From contig OZ193909.1 of the NCBI GenBank assembly GCA_964276515.1, positions 7,130,001 through 7,194,000 of the forward strand: DNA of 64,000 nt, written 5' to 3'. The translations under genes were made by a program, and so were the position numbers. Shown here piece after piece: positions 1-13,860 of the stretch; the stretch's first letter is position 1, and every line of letters starts with the position of its first letter. The DNA is from Gordius albopunctatus. Its lineage: Eukaryota. The notes beneath the pieces are model-generated. The model did no database searches and was not told the origin of the DNA. It was given only the letters and a program-made list of their open reading frames with translations.

Positions 1-795
1 TATTGGATAGCTGACCTCGGAGTACCATCAAGCCTCACAACAGATAGAGGTCCCCAGTTTGAGTCCCAATTATTTCGGAATCTCACGCAACTTCTTGGTG
101 TAAATCACATCACAACCACTGCCTATCACCCACAAGCTAATGGCATGATTGAGAGATTTCATCGACAGCTGAAAAGTTCCTTGATGGCACAAGGTGACAC
201 AACCAAATGGGATGAGCTCTTACCATTAATTTTGCTTGGCATTCGAACCACCATCAAGGAAGACTTAGGTTGCACTCCAGCCGAATTAGTTTATGGCACT
301 ACACTTAGACTTCCCGGCGAATTTTTCACGAACTCAAGTACACCTCACAACGCCTCCGAATTTATTAAAGGCCTAAAACAACATTTTTACCATTTGCCTT
401 TTAAAAAGGTCAGGACACAATCGACAAATGCGGATACAACTTCACTTCTTAGGGAATGTAAATACGTTTTTATCCGTAATGATTTCGTTCGAAAAAGTTT
501 GGTGCCACCATATGACGGACCGTTCAGAGTAAAGTCCAAACATGCTAAATATTTCATTATTGAAAAAAACGGAAAAGCTAACTCAATTTCGATCGAGCGA
601 CTGAAACCTGAATATTTAGATACTTCAACTCAGCCGTTTACGGATACCGAAAATTCAAATCCATCCAAATCTAGGCCTACCGACAAAATCGCTGAACCAG
701 TTAACTCCGACCCAGACCTAACAAAATCAAAAGAAAACCCATACATCACATCGAGAGGAAGGCACGTGCATTGGCGCTATAAACTACTACACTAA
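1..795 (+). mobile_element. Ty3/gypsy pol 3' end: integrase core and C-terminal GPY/F domain (runs off the window start)
   Basis: TTDRGPQF upstream of the [45 protein letters not shown] motifs. Confidence 0.9.
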
Positions 796-828
796 CCACA
801 ACTCTCCGAGTGAAGGCCCGATGATAGT

Positions 829-1190
829 TGTAGAGGCTACGGATTTAATTAAAAAACCTCCTTTCGCACGCTACTTTCCCTTGACCCCGTCTAGGCAAAT
901 TCTAACACGTTACTTTGGTTAATAGCTCCTCGCTTATACTTTATCATCGCCTGACTTATTCAAATTATTATTCACGCACCCTAATAATAGCTCCTCGCTT
1001 ATACTTTATCATCGCCTGACTTATTCAAATTATTATTCACGCACCCTAATCATAAAAGTGAATACATTTAAGTATTTGAATGTCTCGCAATTCACCTTAT
1101 TATACACACAAATAACCTCGCAGAGATGTGTATATAAACGCGATGTTATTAAATAAAAGTATTCATTCATTTTTCCATTATCTTTTAACA
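829..1190 (+). repeat. Gypsy LTR-like segment with an internal 65-bp tandem duplication (921-985 / 986-1050)
   Basis: Follows the integrase stop and starts TG; shares ccctaatcataaaagtgaatacatt and tataaacgcgat with the LTR at 24631-24945; the right end is not defined. Confidence 0.65.
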
Positions 1191-1211
1191 TAACTGCCCT
1201 TTAAACTTAAC

Positions 1212-1715
1212 AGGGTAATTATCAATGTTAAACTATTCAAAAACGAAAAATTAAAAATTTCGATTTATCTGGCCAGTGGTCATTTTTTCATTGGTCAGTA
1301 GCCTGCGGACGGTCAAAAATTTATATTATCAATGGTATTAACAAGAACAATATATTAATTTAATTTTAAAAAAAATAAAAATTTTTGTCCTCTCCGGGTC
1401 TCGAACCATCAATTTAGAACGTTCGCCGGGATTCAAACCCACATTAAATAGAGGCATAAGCCTTTGGAGGGGAACAGGGAACCATATAAATAGAGCCATA
1501 GGCCCTTGTAGGGGAGGGCATAGGGTAATTATCAATGTTAAAATATTCAAAAACGAAAAATTAAAAATTTCGATTTATCTGGCCAGTGGTCATTTTTTCA
1601 TTGGTCAGTAGCCTGCGGACGGTCAAAAAGTCATATTATCAATGGTATTAACAAGAAAAAAATATTAATTTAATTTAAAAAAAAAAAAAATTTTGTCCTC
1701 TCCGGGTCTCGAACC
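1212..1715. repeat. About 195-bp direct repeat, two copies with a period of about 311 bp
   Basis: agggtaattatcaatgttaaa...ctccgggtctcgaacc starts at both ~1212 and ~1523. Confidence 0.85.
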
Positions 1716-2208
1716 CGCAACCTCCAGGTCGGGAAGCTGGTGTAAATAACTTGGTGGACGGACGGACGGACGGACGGACAACCAAAAACGAGCCCATAAA
1801 TTGCATAGCAATTAACAATGTTCTTTATTTACTTTATAGGGTTTGTCATGTTAATATGCGATTTTGAGCAAAAAAACGAATACGCGTTGAAGGTTGTTTC
1901 TTAATCCGCGCGTCGCTTCAGTTTTAAAGCTTTCGGGAAACTGTTTTAAATTTATGAACTTGAAAACAAAATAAAATATGGTGCGCTTGAAGCTGAATCC
2001 TTAATTAAGATAGAGCCTTAGTCTATAAACAGAGACACTTGCTAAGTCTTAAAAAGGCAAATTTTGTTTTCAAAACCCTATCTCTTAGCTGTTCCGAAAC
2101 TAATTTGGCACCTCCCCCTTAAATAAGTAACGATCAAATTTTTTTAAGCATACCTTTATTTATTTCTTAGCCAAGTATAACAAATATTTATTTAGAATTG
2201 GAAATAAT

Positions 2209-3187
2209 TAGTGCTGTAAACATTTTTAAAAAAATTGAACGCGTTCACGTTCACGATTCTTATGTTTTTAATACAATATATTAACCATGATAAAAAATAA
2301 TAATTTTATTTCGATAATAAAATTATAAATATAATATAATAGAGCAAATATAAAAAAAAATTATAAACATTTTTCTTATTAATTTTTAAAAATAATTGTT
2401 TTTCAAAATTTTTGTCTGATAAGCAGGGACGCTTGACAGTTAATACAGCATTAGCTGTATTAAAAACCCGCTCCACAGGGTAGATGAGGGGATTGGGGTA
2501 TTATAATTAATAAACGAATCTTTTAAAGCAGGAAATTTATTAAAAACATTTAATGTTTTGTCCCTCGTTTCAAAAAATTGCGATCAGATATCATCTTCCA
2601 ATCCGCTCTCTACTTCCTCGTCAAAAAAACAATATTTCGGAATCGACAGTTCTTTCATTATCAATTCTAGGGGTTTCAATCCCTTTTTCCAATAAAACTA
2701 AACATTTTTTTTTACATTTAGTAATTATTGAATTCGGTCCTTTATATGAAATGCGTGAAAAATATTTATTATATCTCGGCCATGGCAATGTCGATTCATC
2801 TGATGATTTTGAATATTTAGAATCTGAAGGACGACGATATAATAATATGATTGTACATATTAACCTATAAATTCAAATATAATTAATAATATCAAATTAA
2901 TAAACTTCTGATCTTCTTTTGCACGTTATAGTATGTTAAAAGTATTTCGGAATAGGTAATAGGAAAAACAGCTGATTAAAAAATACAAGACTTTTTTGTG
3001 ACAATATTTGGATTAACACTATTTTTCAAATAAATAAAAATAAAAAGGGGTTTTAAAATTTAACAAACGTTAAATTCGAACGCGTTCATCAAAAAAAAGG
3101 AACGCATTCACGTTCAAAGTTCACCAAAAAAAGGAACGCCGTTCATCAATTTTTCAAAAAATTTGAACGCGTTCATTTACAACACTA
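2209..3187 (-). mobile_element. Non-autonomous hAT element (aacgcgtt family) with a transposase C-terminal remnant
   Basis: Termini tagtgctgtaaa / tttacaacacta; perfect 8-bp TSD gaaataat (2201-2208, 3188-3195); many subterminal aacgcgtt motifs. Confidence 0.9.
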
Positions 3188-4195
3188 GAAATAATTGATT
3201 AAAATTAATTATAATTCGAATTTGATTCGAAAAAATATTTTTGTCTGACTGAGTTTAGATTATTTTAGGACTTTTTTTATTATGTAGGGTAGTTGATTAA
3301 CCACCTACTAACTAAAGCATAAGTAAACTTTAAGATGATTTTGTATAACTAAAACACGGAAAATTATAGAGGTGTTTTAATTAAAAACAAACATATTTTA
3401 AATTAAACATTATTAAAGCATTTATCGGGTTTAGAGGGAGCAGCTTTCTCTCACGGTCACCCCCTGGCTACGACAATGTCTAGTCACGACCATAATTAGT
3501 CAGCGTAAAAAAATAAGATCACATTTATACCCTATGTCTGCATTGCAGTTTTATCAAGAACATCGTACCAACTTTAAAACCTCTTTATAACTGCTGAGAC
3601 CCTTAAAGAGCGAAATTATAATTTTATAAAATTTTATATTTATATAAAACTGTTGAAAATGAAATATACAAATTGAAGTTTTATATTATTAACAGTGATA
3701 GTAGTCACTACGAAGTTGCGTTATTACGTCTTTTATTCGCTTTACAATTTTTTTCACCGATCTTGTCCAAAAGAGCCTGGCCTGGTCCGATGAGATTTTA
3801 AGCAGAGCTTAGACAAAATTTTTCAAACGGCTGAGGCGGTCCTGATGAGTAGTAGGGGAGACCGGGGCTATACATATCTCGGGTCTATCCTTATCTTCTC
3901 AAATAATTTCCATGTTATTAATTTGTACCCAGTCAAATTTACATTTCAAATGTACTTTATATTGGCGCATCCCAGGTTTAAATTTTTTTTTAGAAAAATT
4001 ACTAGAAAAAAATATATAGTAAAAATAAGATTTTTCGGGGCTAAAAGCTCTTTTTTCTAATTTTTCTATTTCGCTAATAAATTTAAAAATATTTTATCTC
4101 TAAGCTCGAAACTAATTTTAGGTAAAAACGTATAAATTTTTCTATAAAAATCTACTCGGAATAAATAATTTTGTTGAAGATGACTATTTTAAAAC

Positions 4196-4349
4196 GGTGC
4201 CCTATCAACTCGCCGAAAACCATCTCGCCGAATTTAATGTCCCCCGGTTAAAAAAGGTCCCCTAATTTAAAATCGTCCCCCATTCAACCAATCACAAAAC
4301 TTCCCAGGTGAATTCGGCGAGATTGTTTTCGACAAGTTAACGGGCTACC
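4196..4349. mobile_element. MULE-like MITE inserted in the pogo element
   Basis: About 40-bp imperfect TIRs (ggtgccc...ctcgccgaatt / aattcggcgag...gggctacc) and a 9-bp duplication ttttaaaac on both sides. Confidence 0.7.
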
Positions 4350-5764
4350 TTTTAAAACAACTCGCAGAAAATATTTTAGTCGTGGGGCTATAATTATCTA
4401 TAATTGATTCATTCATTTAAAAATGGTGCGAAATTACAAACGGAAGACCAATTTTGTTCAAGATAATGAAATCAAAAATGAAATATATGAAACTATGAAA
4501 TAGAAGATTAGCTTGAAAGATATAGCTATACATACAAACTTTAGTTATGCAATTATAAAAAAATATCACTATAAATTCAAAATGGAGAATCTTTTGTTAA
4601 GTAACGTAAGTCAAGAGTGATATTTGATAAGGAGCAGGAGGAGAAATTAGCATAATACCTTATAAAGGGGGCAAAGCTTTATTCAGGTTTGACCCCAAAA
4701 CAAGTATTATGTCAATTTTTTATGCTCAATTTTGTTAAGGTTAGGTATTTGGCTTATCAAATGGCAGTAAAATTTGATTATCAATGCCTAATTCATGGGC
4801 TGAATATGAATCAACAGGTGCTGATTGGTTCACATCTTTTATTAAAAGAAACCCTCAAATATCATTAAGGACCCCAGAACCAACCAGCATTTTGAGGGCC
4901 ACAATTTTTGATAATTATTTATCTTTATTAGATTCATATAGCTATTTGCCTGGTGACATCTACAACATGGATGAAACAGATATACCTTAAATTTATTATC
5001 TTTTTTGATATAAATAGGTTTAAAAACAGTGCAAAAACCTAATAAGGTTATTGCCCAAAAGGGTGAAAAGAGAGTTGGAGCCATAACATCTGGTAAAAGA
5101 GGCACCCTAATGACATTGGCTTTATCTATTAATGTATTTGGCAATATAATCCCACCAATGTTCATAATCCAAGAAAAAAATATTACGACCACTATTTGTG
5201 TGATGGACCAATTGGCTCAGTGGGGCTTTCAGATGGCTCAGGATGGATGTTAAAGGAAGATTTCATTTTTTATTTGAAACATTTCATTAATTACACTAAA
5301 CCAAGTAAAGACAAAAAAGTGTTATTGATCCTTGATAATCATCAATCTCACCAATGTATTGAAGTGATAGATCTATGCTATGAAAATGGTATTGATCTCT
5401 TGACCATACCTCCTCATTGCACTCATAAGTTGCAACCCCTTGATGTAACAGTGTTTGGACCCTTAAAGAAATAATATAACTCAACCAGGAGTATTAAAGC
5501 AAGTGCTCCTTAAGGCAGCATCCACTCTTAACATTCAAAAAGGATTCCAAACTTGTGGTATATGGCCTTTCAATCCAAAAGTATTTCACGATGAAAACAC
5601 AAATACATTATTTTCAATTGCTTCTCAACCATCTCAAAGTCAAACGAATAATGATCAAGTAGTGTCTGGTGATAGCTCAATTTTGAGTCAATTTAATCCT
5701 GAAATTATTAATCCCCATCCAATAATATCTAGACTTGCTTCCAAGAGGCAGCAGACCTCCACCA

Positions 5765-6161
5765 CAGAGGTAGGATTAGTTAGAATTTTTCTGCCCGAAC
5801 CCTTCCCGGCTCGATTTTATAATTAATCTGCCCGCCCGAACCCTTCTATGTATCCGCCCGGCAATGCCCGAATTATCCCAGCTGCCTGACCCGAAATGGT
5901 GTGTTTTAAAATTTTTAGCACTAATATCGTTATATTTTTTAAAAATTTTATATTAATTTTTGATTTTTTTTTTAAATGAGAACTGGATTAACAAACATTA
6001 TAAAATCAATTTTAAAAATGTCAAAATATACACAAAAAATATAATACATTATGTTAAAAACAAAATTGAGCCCAAATTGACCGAATCTTGTTATGGTGCC
6101 CGCCCAGGCCCACCCAAAAATTAAAATTTACGAAATTTACGACGGGAAAATCTGGTCTCTG
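5765..6161. mobile_element. hAT-like MITE interrupting the pogo transposase
   Basis: cagagg...tctctg termini; flanks ctccacca / ttccacca (7/8 match); gcccg subterminal motifs; related ends at ~48749 and ~52984. Confidence 0.7.
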
Positions 6162-6384
6162 TTCCACCATCTTAACTTCATCACCCCATAAAAGAAAAGT
6201 TATTGAAAGAATGCACAACAAATCAATTACAAAAGTTAAAAAGAGAATTAATTTGTCTAAAGATAGTTGCATAATTTGTGCCAAAGTCTATAAGAAAAAT
6301 CATCAGAATAAAGATTGGTTTGCATGTAGAAGTTGCTCCATGTGGGCACATGGTTCATGTTGCAATAATGATGTTTAATAGTCT

Positions 6385-7353
6385 AACGCGTTCATTTGAA
6401 AAATTGATGAACGGCGTTCCTTTTTTTGGTGAAATTTGAATGTAAACGCGTTCCTTTTTTTGATGAACGCGTTGAATTTAACGTTCGTTTAATTTTAAAA
6501 CCCCTTTTTATTTTTATTTATTTGAAAAATAATGTTAATCCAAATATTGTAACAAAAAATTCTTGTATTTTTTAATCAGCTGTTTTTCCTATTACCTATT
6601 CCGAAATACTTTTAACATACCATACATAACGTGCAAAAGAAGATAAGATTAAAGTTTATTAATTAGATATTATTATTTATATTTTGACAATCATATTATT
6701 ATATCGCCGTCCTTTAGATTCTGAATATTTAAAATCAGCAGATGAATTGAAATTGCCATGGCCAAAGTAAAATAAATATTTTTCACTCATTTCATATAAA
6801 GGACCAAATTCAATAATTACTAAATGTAAAAAAGAATAAACTTTTAGTTTTATTGGAAAAAGGGATTGAAACCCCTAGAATTGATAATGAAAGAACTGTC
6901 GATTCCGGAATATTGTTTTTTTGACGAGGAAGTAGAGAGCGGATTGGAAGATGATATCTTATCGCAATTTTTTGAAGCGAGGGACAAAATATTAAATGTT
7001 TTTAATAAATTTCATGCTTTAAAAGATTTGTTTATTAAGTATAATACCCCAATTCCCTCATCTGCCCTTGTGGAGCGGGTTTTTAATACAGCTAATGCTG
7101 TAGTTACTGTCAAGCGTTGCTGCTTATCCGACAAAAGTTTTGAAAAACAATTATTTTTAAAATTAATAAGAAAATTTTTTTATAAATAAAAATTTTTTAT
7201 TATATTCATAATTATATTATCGAAATAAAATTATTATTTTTTATCATGACTAATATATTGTATTAAAAACATAAGACATTTATTTATATTAAATTAAAAA
7301 AAAATTATTATAAAATTTTGAACGATCGTTTTTTTAAAAATTTTTACAGCACT
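6385..7353 (+). mobile_element. Truncated copy of the aacgcgtt hAT family
   Basis: Inverted homolog of 2209-3187; encodes KYNTPIPSSALVERVFN (hAT dimerization region); ends tttacagcacta; left terminus missing. Confidence 0.85.
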
Positions 7354-8545
7354 AGTGTAAACTGATATTATCTAAGACTTTGTGAATACAATAGGAGGTA
7401 CTGGACATTGAACTTTAACTCCTCCTATAACAATTAAGTCAGAGGCGTACGCAGGATTTCCGTTTTTTGGAGGGGGGGGGGGGTTTAATTTTTTAGTAAA
7501 ATATCAAATAAGTTTTCTACGAAAAAAATAAAATTTTGCAAATAGATTAAAGATTTATATACATAATGTAGCATCCATGTGAGTTTGTCCAGCAAAATTA
7601 AGATTTTACATTCTATTGAGGCTGATGGAAAGAAGATGGGAATATAAAAAGTTATTTTTGTATTAAAATAATTTAAAACAACACATTCTTATGTTGAAGT
7701 AAAGTCTTACTTAATTAACCCAAATTATCTCGATAATAAGTAGCCACTTTTTAAACTAGGATGAATTTCCTCTATAAAATACGAATTAAGAATTGGAAGA
7801 GGTGTCAGGAATAAATTGGGAGAATTGAGGATCGATAAGGGGATATATTGGAATATATTGGGAGACGACCGGGCCGTGGACAAAAGGTTACAAGAATCCA
7901 CGGCGTACACGACAATATACCTTATTTGTTTTCTCTACATATTTTATTCACTTAAAACTAAGAAAAAAAATATTATGATCGAAAAATCAAACAACTCTCG
8001 ATACAGTACGTTGTGTATGCGTAAACAAAACTAATGATGCGTGCAATAATAATATATGGGAAAGAAATAACAAACACGTATAAGCGCGTGGGTTGGGGGG
8101 GGGTATAAAGAAATAAGGGGTAGGGGGTAATCAAATAAGTATGCATGAGATACGCAGGAAAATCCTTCATCCGTATGTATATACGACACAGTTATTTTGC
8201 TTTTACAACTTGACAGCACTAATTGCCTGTGATAGGTGTAGATTAATATTTAAGGTTCTAAATTTTTTATTAATAACACCTGTTCAGGCGAATTTTTACT
8301 AAGATGTTTAATATAGAAGGTACAGGACATTACACTTCAGATACCTGTGAGACTAGCCTTTTTATGTAATTATTTCTCTGTATATTACGCGGATATCCTG
8401 ATTTGGTAATTATTTTTTAAACTCTTTTACGTTTTTAACGCCAAATTATCCTTGTTTTATTTCCGATAAATTAATTTTAGGTATTCATGCCATAGGTTAG
8501 AAAATATATAAACACAAAATCAAATAAACATTTATTTATACACAG

Positions 8546-9344
8546 TGTAGTTATTTTATGTTAAAAGAAAGTAAATAGTACAAAGTACCCCCTCCTCCTC
8601 ATGCCTTATTTGTTTCATCAATGTGATGGTTAATATAACTAAAAAATATGGTACACGTGACGGTTCTAAAAAACAAGAGAGCATGCCCCATAGTAATTTT
8701 ATCTACCATTTAGGACCATGGGGGAGTGAATTAGTATATTAAAAGGGACCTTGCACTAAGGAAGCGCATTTTATTACGATGGACCTTTATAATAGTGATG
8801 GTAGTCAGTCTGTTTACTCCTTTTAAAGCGCTGGTCTAAAATCACGCGCTCCAACCCAAAACAAGTTCAATGGCCCAAAAAGTTTGTTAATTTATATGAA
8901 CTCCGTTTTTACCCAGCGGAATATTTGTTGCGTCCATTGTCTTAATTTATTTGGAACTTAATTGACACATTTACATTACCTTACTGCTTCGCGACGTTAA
9001 TTGACCAATCAAGCATACCTCGCGGATTCACCACTAAATGTAATTGATTTATCTATACCTCGCGGAGGTACCAATAAATGTAATTGATTTATTTATACCT
9101 CGCGGAGGCACCACTAAACTTAATTGATTTATTCAATTAATTCACGAGTATATAAAGGAGTTTAAAACACTTCTTACTCACTTACTTTTCTTCCAACGAT
9201 TTAATTTAATTGGATATAATATAAAGTAATTATTACTTTATCCTTCTGGTATTTACTTCCCGAAATACCCTATGGGTCAACCTTACTTAGGTAAATGATT
9301 GGCAAATATTAAATTTTTTTCAAAAATATATAATATTTACTACA
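8546..9344 (+). mobile_element. Probable solo LTR containing three 40-bp tandem units (9015-9134)
   Basis: TGTAGT...ACTACA termini, TATA-like tataaag near 9151, atacctcgcgga...taattgattta repeated three times; no clean TSD. Confidence 0.5.
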
Positions 9345-9461
9345 CTTAGTAATTTTTTTAATATCAAATATATTCCATACATATTGATTTACACTTAAAT
9401 GTAAATCATGCTAATTAAAATAAACAATAATTTACTAAAATCTAACGATCAATAAAAAGTC

Positions 9462-9576
9462 AAGATCTCGCTGAAAAAATCTCGTCTAGATCTCGACTCC
9501 ATTTTTCAAATTCTCGTCTCGTCTCGCTTTTTTGAGGCGAGAAGAGACAAGATTTTTTCGGTTTTTCCGCATCACT
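9462..9576 (-). mobile_element. Terminal fragment of the hAT family found at 30210
   Basis: Reverse complement reads tagtgatgcggaaaaaccg with cgagac repeats, as at 30210. Confidence 0.75.
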
Positions 9577-9993
9577 ACCACTACAAATAAAGGCGAACTG
9601 TCTTACAGAACTCCAGAGTTTGCGACTAAATTATGGTCTTTTCTCCCTCCTCTGACAACTAGTTGCCAAAGGAGCGCAAACAATCCGGGCGCATAGAAAT
9701 AGAAAATTACAGAGCTGGCGTCTTGACTATGTTTTTATTTTATTTTTTAAACAAACGCCAGTGACCAGAGTGCTGAGCTATCTCTCAAAGAATTACAATG
9801 CTCGCTACAGAAGGTATGTCAATTTTTATTTGAAGATATAATTTTTATATAACCCGAGTGTACTATCTACCGTTTCGCAGTTCCTCTATACCTGTACTAT
9901 CGCGACTTTTAATTTAATAGGCCCTCATAAATTTTTCCAAAGATGTAGACTTTTAGTTGTCTTAACCCCATTTAAAAACGGCTGTATTATGCC

Positions 9994-11322
9994 TTGAACG
10001 TCTTGGTCAAACATATATTCGTGACTATCATTAACCTTGAATCAAAAATATTCATCAAGGTTATATACAATCGAATGTACAGCGAGGTGGATGAAATAAT
10101 TAAAAACAATCAAACAGGGTTTAGGAAGTGCCATACGACGACAGAGAACATAACATTAAGGAACATAATGGATATCTCACGGACAAGCGGTGCCCCCTTG
10201 ATTCTTGTTTTTTTAGACATCGCTAAAGCTTTTTATTTGCTGTACCATCTATACATTTGGGAAGCGCTATGCCTATTAGGCTTGCCTAAGAAAATAACTC
10301 TCATGATCTTTCTACTCTATGAAAACACGAAACTAGTTATTTCCCACCTCCACCATAAATCGGAGCCCATACCAGTAACATCGGGTGTCAGGCAAGGTTG
10401 CCCGCTGTCCCCTCTCCTGTTTATAATTGCGATGGATCTAATAATGAAGAGATCCACACTTCCGACCGATGGTATCAAACTAAACGGCACTACTCTATCA
10501 TCCCTGCTGTTCGCAAACGACATATGTCTAGTGGCCCCTTCTATTTCCAAAGCACAACTTATGTTAGACAGGTTCAGCATCCAAGCCAAACAAGCAGGAC
10601 TGTTTATAAACCCCGAAAAATGCTCAATGATTCGTATAAACGATTCTTCGAACTCTACTCTGGTAATCAACAACAACGTAATAAATGCATCTCAAAAAGT
10701 CCGCTATTTGGGAGTGGACCTTACTCCAGATACCTTCGCCGAAACGGATGTCGAATCAAAGCTGCGTCGGACCATGGTCAAATTCTACTCGTGCTCGGCG
10801 ATTTGGCGCTCACGTCAACTGACGCTCAATACGCGTCTGAGGATTTTAAAAGTCACTATCCTACCAATTCTCCTATACGGTTGCGAATCTTGGTCACTGA
10901 AGGCTCCCAGCCTAAAGAAACTGCAAGTCAGTCTCAATAAAATGCTACGTATCGTTTGCCGGATATTTTATCCGACGAGAAGAACCAACGAGGATCTATG
11001 GGTGCGCTGCAAAATCGCTCCAATTAAAAACATTCTACTCGCAAGGAAATGGGGTTTTCTAGCTCATCAAGTACGAAGGAAGAGAACTAACTACTGTATA
11101 TCTTCCCTGTTCTGGTGTCCACCCCAGCTAAAAAGTTGCAAATGCAATGGCAGCTGGCTCTACAAGGTGTTTCGCGATGTCCAAACACTAGGCCATGATT
11201 GGAATTCATTGCTGACCATCATGCAAGACAGGAAATTTTGGAAAGACTTCTCAAGGAACCATTTACTGCGGCTCTCTCATTAAGGATCTTCAGACGCATT
11301 ATTCATTTACGATATTATTATT
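9994..11322 (+). mobile_element. 5'-truncated non-LTR retrotransposon (RTE-like) reverse transcriptase
   Basis: QTGFR, FLDIAKAF, GVRQGCPLSPLLF, LFAND (YADD motif with D to N), RYLGV, ILLYGCESW; short 3' UTR ending in (att)n. Confidence 0.9.
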
Positions 11323-11484
11323 AAAAGCTTTACATTCCTTTCAAGTCAATAGGTATTACATATTTACATGTCATAATTACATTGAATATTAACCATTTTC
11401 TTACAGCATACTTACACACGTTATCACTAACGTGGCCTGATGCGCCATTTGGCGTTAGAAGGGGCTCAACCTTAGATTGCACTA

Positions 11485-12731
11485 AGTATGTATATATAAG
11501 CCCCGATGACAAACAAGAACTTAGCTAAATCGGCAAGCTAAGATTGAGTCCCATCTGACACCATTGGTGCATCTCGGGCAACGCTAACCATAGGTTACGT
11601 GTTCAGTTGTTAGTAGGTTAGTGGTTAGTATGTTAAACGAAAATCACTATTGTTAGTAGCAGGAAGCATTAAAGTAAAAGCAAATACATGCATTCAACTA
11701 CTAAACGCATATAAATAATAAGGATACGATTCTCCCTTGAGACTGTGGTAAGATGAAGGGCAAGGGCTCTCCATGTTTCACTAGTTTGAGTGTAGGATTC
11801 GGTCTCATTCTCATGGATAGATGATGGTATGCGAAGATAAGTCGTTTCTCTTCATCACGACAAAGAGTTTCACAAGATCTTTGTGGATTTCAGTTTTCTA
11901 AGACGTTTTTTCCAATAGTTGCCGAGGCTTGTTGATTGAGGTGTCAATGTCCGCCCCCGTCAGCATAAAAAGGGGAGACAAGGAGGGAGAGGGAGAAGGG
12001 GGAGGGAGAAAGAGGAAAGTAATTAAGTATAGGCAAATATCAAGATTATATACAAGATGTCCTTTTTGCTAGATAGTTATTGTGATCAATAAAAGCGTTA
12101 TAGTCGGTGGGGGATGGGGAGAGGGAAAACTGACACAATAGCACTATCGATCATAGAGGGACAGGATGAAACGTTAGACTAAGATCGTGAGCAAAAGTTT
12201 AGAAATATATACGGGACAGGTAGACCATGCAGAGCCCGAGCGAGAACAAAAAGAATAAAGTAAATGTTTCTAGTGGGATTTGGTAGACCAGCTCGATCTC
12301 GAGCCCGAAGCTCAAATTTTGAAGTACAATTTACTTCATAGACAAATATCAAAAAGGGGAGGCGATAACGAGACGTTATTATTCTGAGAGCTACTTTCAG
12401 AATATTTATATCGAGGGGCAAGAGTGTGTTCAATATCCATGTGTGGGGAGATAAGCAAAATTTAAATCATAGTTGATGAGAGGGAGAGCAATTTAAGCAG
12501 TACTTTAAAAAATTTTTCATAAGGGAGTACGTAATGGGTAAGAATATTTAGGAATGAGGTAAAGAATAATGCTTGTGAGTGGTTAGATGCAAAAGCAAAA
12601 AAAACTCCATATTTTAATTTAACAAATATCAACAAGGTTATGAGAAAGGAGGAGTAATGTGACAAGTATAATGACATTGGGCATGTCAAAACAAGCTTTA
12701 ACTTTGCTTCTTTGACACAGTTCAACCCCAT
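11485..12731 (-). mobile_element. Degenerate LINE-like remnant ending in a (TACA)n-tailed 3' module
   Basis: 11485-11810 is the reverse complement of 25700-25990; the upstream part has ALRIITS and LKYG, resembling jockey/I-group RT C-termini. Confidence 0.5.
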
Positions 12732-13860
12732 AATTATGAATTAAATGAACATACTTATCATTATAAATTCAGGAAAGTTAGATTTATATAGGGAAAATAA
12801 AAATCTAAAGAAAATGTGATATGGGCATTTGGATCAAAATTTTTAATATTAGTTGTACATGACAAATTAGATTTTAGAAAGTATTGTCCAAATTTGAAAT
12901 ATATCTTTTTATTAAAGTTTGTGATTGATAAAACCAAGATGTTTGGTACAAAACTTTTTATTTACTTATTTATATAACAAAATTAAAATAGAAGTTAAGA
13001 TAAGGTCTGGTTAAGAATTTTTATGTTAAATAAAAGCATAGGAAATTTTACTAAAATAAATATTGCTTCAAACACAGTATTGACTTTAAGATAAAAATAA
13101 TCAATTGTAGTTAATAGAGGGTTTGATATCTAAGGCCTTAAAGAATAACAAAAGCAAATGGGTGTAGCTAGGATTAAAATTAAGACATTATAACTAGGGA
13201 CAATAACGATTTAATGTAGAGATATTTTAGGTATAAACTCTGTAGAGATAGACTTATATTTACTTTTATTCATATAAAACCAGACAATTAAAAAAATTGT
13301 AAGGTTGCATATTTCTTATTAATGTTGACATGAAAAAATTATAATAACTTTAACAAAATGAAGCCAGAGATTTTAAGACCACTTTCTTAAGTAAATAGGA
13401 TGTTTTGGGACACCATTAAAAACAATATTGGCTGATTTTTAACATAAATTAAAGTTCATAAAGTGAAGTTAGATAAAAATAAAGATTTATGTGAAATGAT
13501 TATATGTAAATTGATACGTAATAAAAAGGTTAACAAAATTTACATATTATTTTGATATACTTGGGAAAGGAATAACAATTTCACTAGCCTATAAAACCCC
13601 CTAAGAGTTTAACAGCTACCCATTACATTTGTGGACATAAAAAAAACCACAACCAGAAAAAGTCAATTTGCATATTTTGAGGTAATCTAAAGAATCAAAA
13701 TTTTAGAAATTACTTTGCTTCAAGAAAGTCTGGACATAATCAATGAATTCTATTTTTCCTTCAATAATTTTGTTGATTACACAGCACAACCTCTTTTTCC
13801 AACTTCATACACCGAATCCGGTACGAAATGGGCGCCTTCGCGGCAAACATACATACATAC

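Larger units (their letters stand above)
3852..6378 (+). pseudogene. pogo/Tigger-like DDE_1 transposase pseudogene with a C-terminal PHD-like finger
   Basis: MVRNYKRKT start at 4423; ISLRTPE, IYNMDET, SGWM, LLILDNHQSH, PPHCTHKLQPLDVTVFGPLK, CIIC...WFACRSCSMWAHGSC; several stops and frameshifts; TIR-like gtaggggagaccgggg at 3852. Confidence 0.88.

Noticed and set aside
3830..3870. cctgatgag as a hammerhead ribozyme core
   Set aside because: No paired stem II or downstream GAAA core; the pogo terminus follows immediately.
6088..6378. Stand-alone PHD-finger gene
   Set aside because: It is the C-terminus of the pogo-like transposase, separated by the MITE at 5765-6161.
9015..9134. Three 40-bp repeats as a CRISPR-like array
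   Set aside because: Units are contiguous with no unique spacers, the context is eukaryotic and LTR-like, and no cas genes are present.
10317..10940. Overlapping and antisense ORFs in the LINE (likewise 31494-32096 and 28353-28616)
   Set aside because: Shadow frames of real transposon ORFs with no recognisable motifs.
9994..11283. 429-codon RT ORF as an active or domesticated reverse transcriptase
   Set aside because: 5'-truncated, no endonuclease, and the catalytic motif reads FAND; most simply a dead copy.
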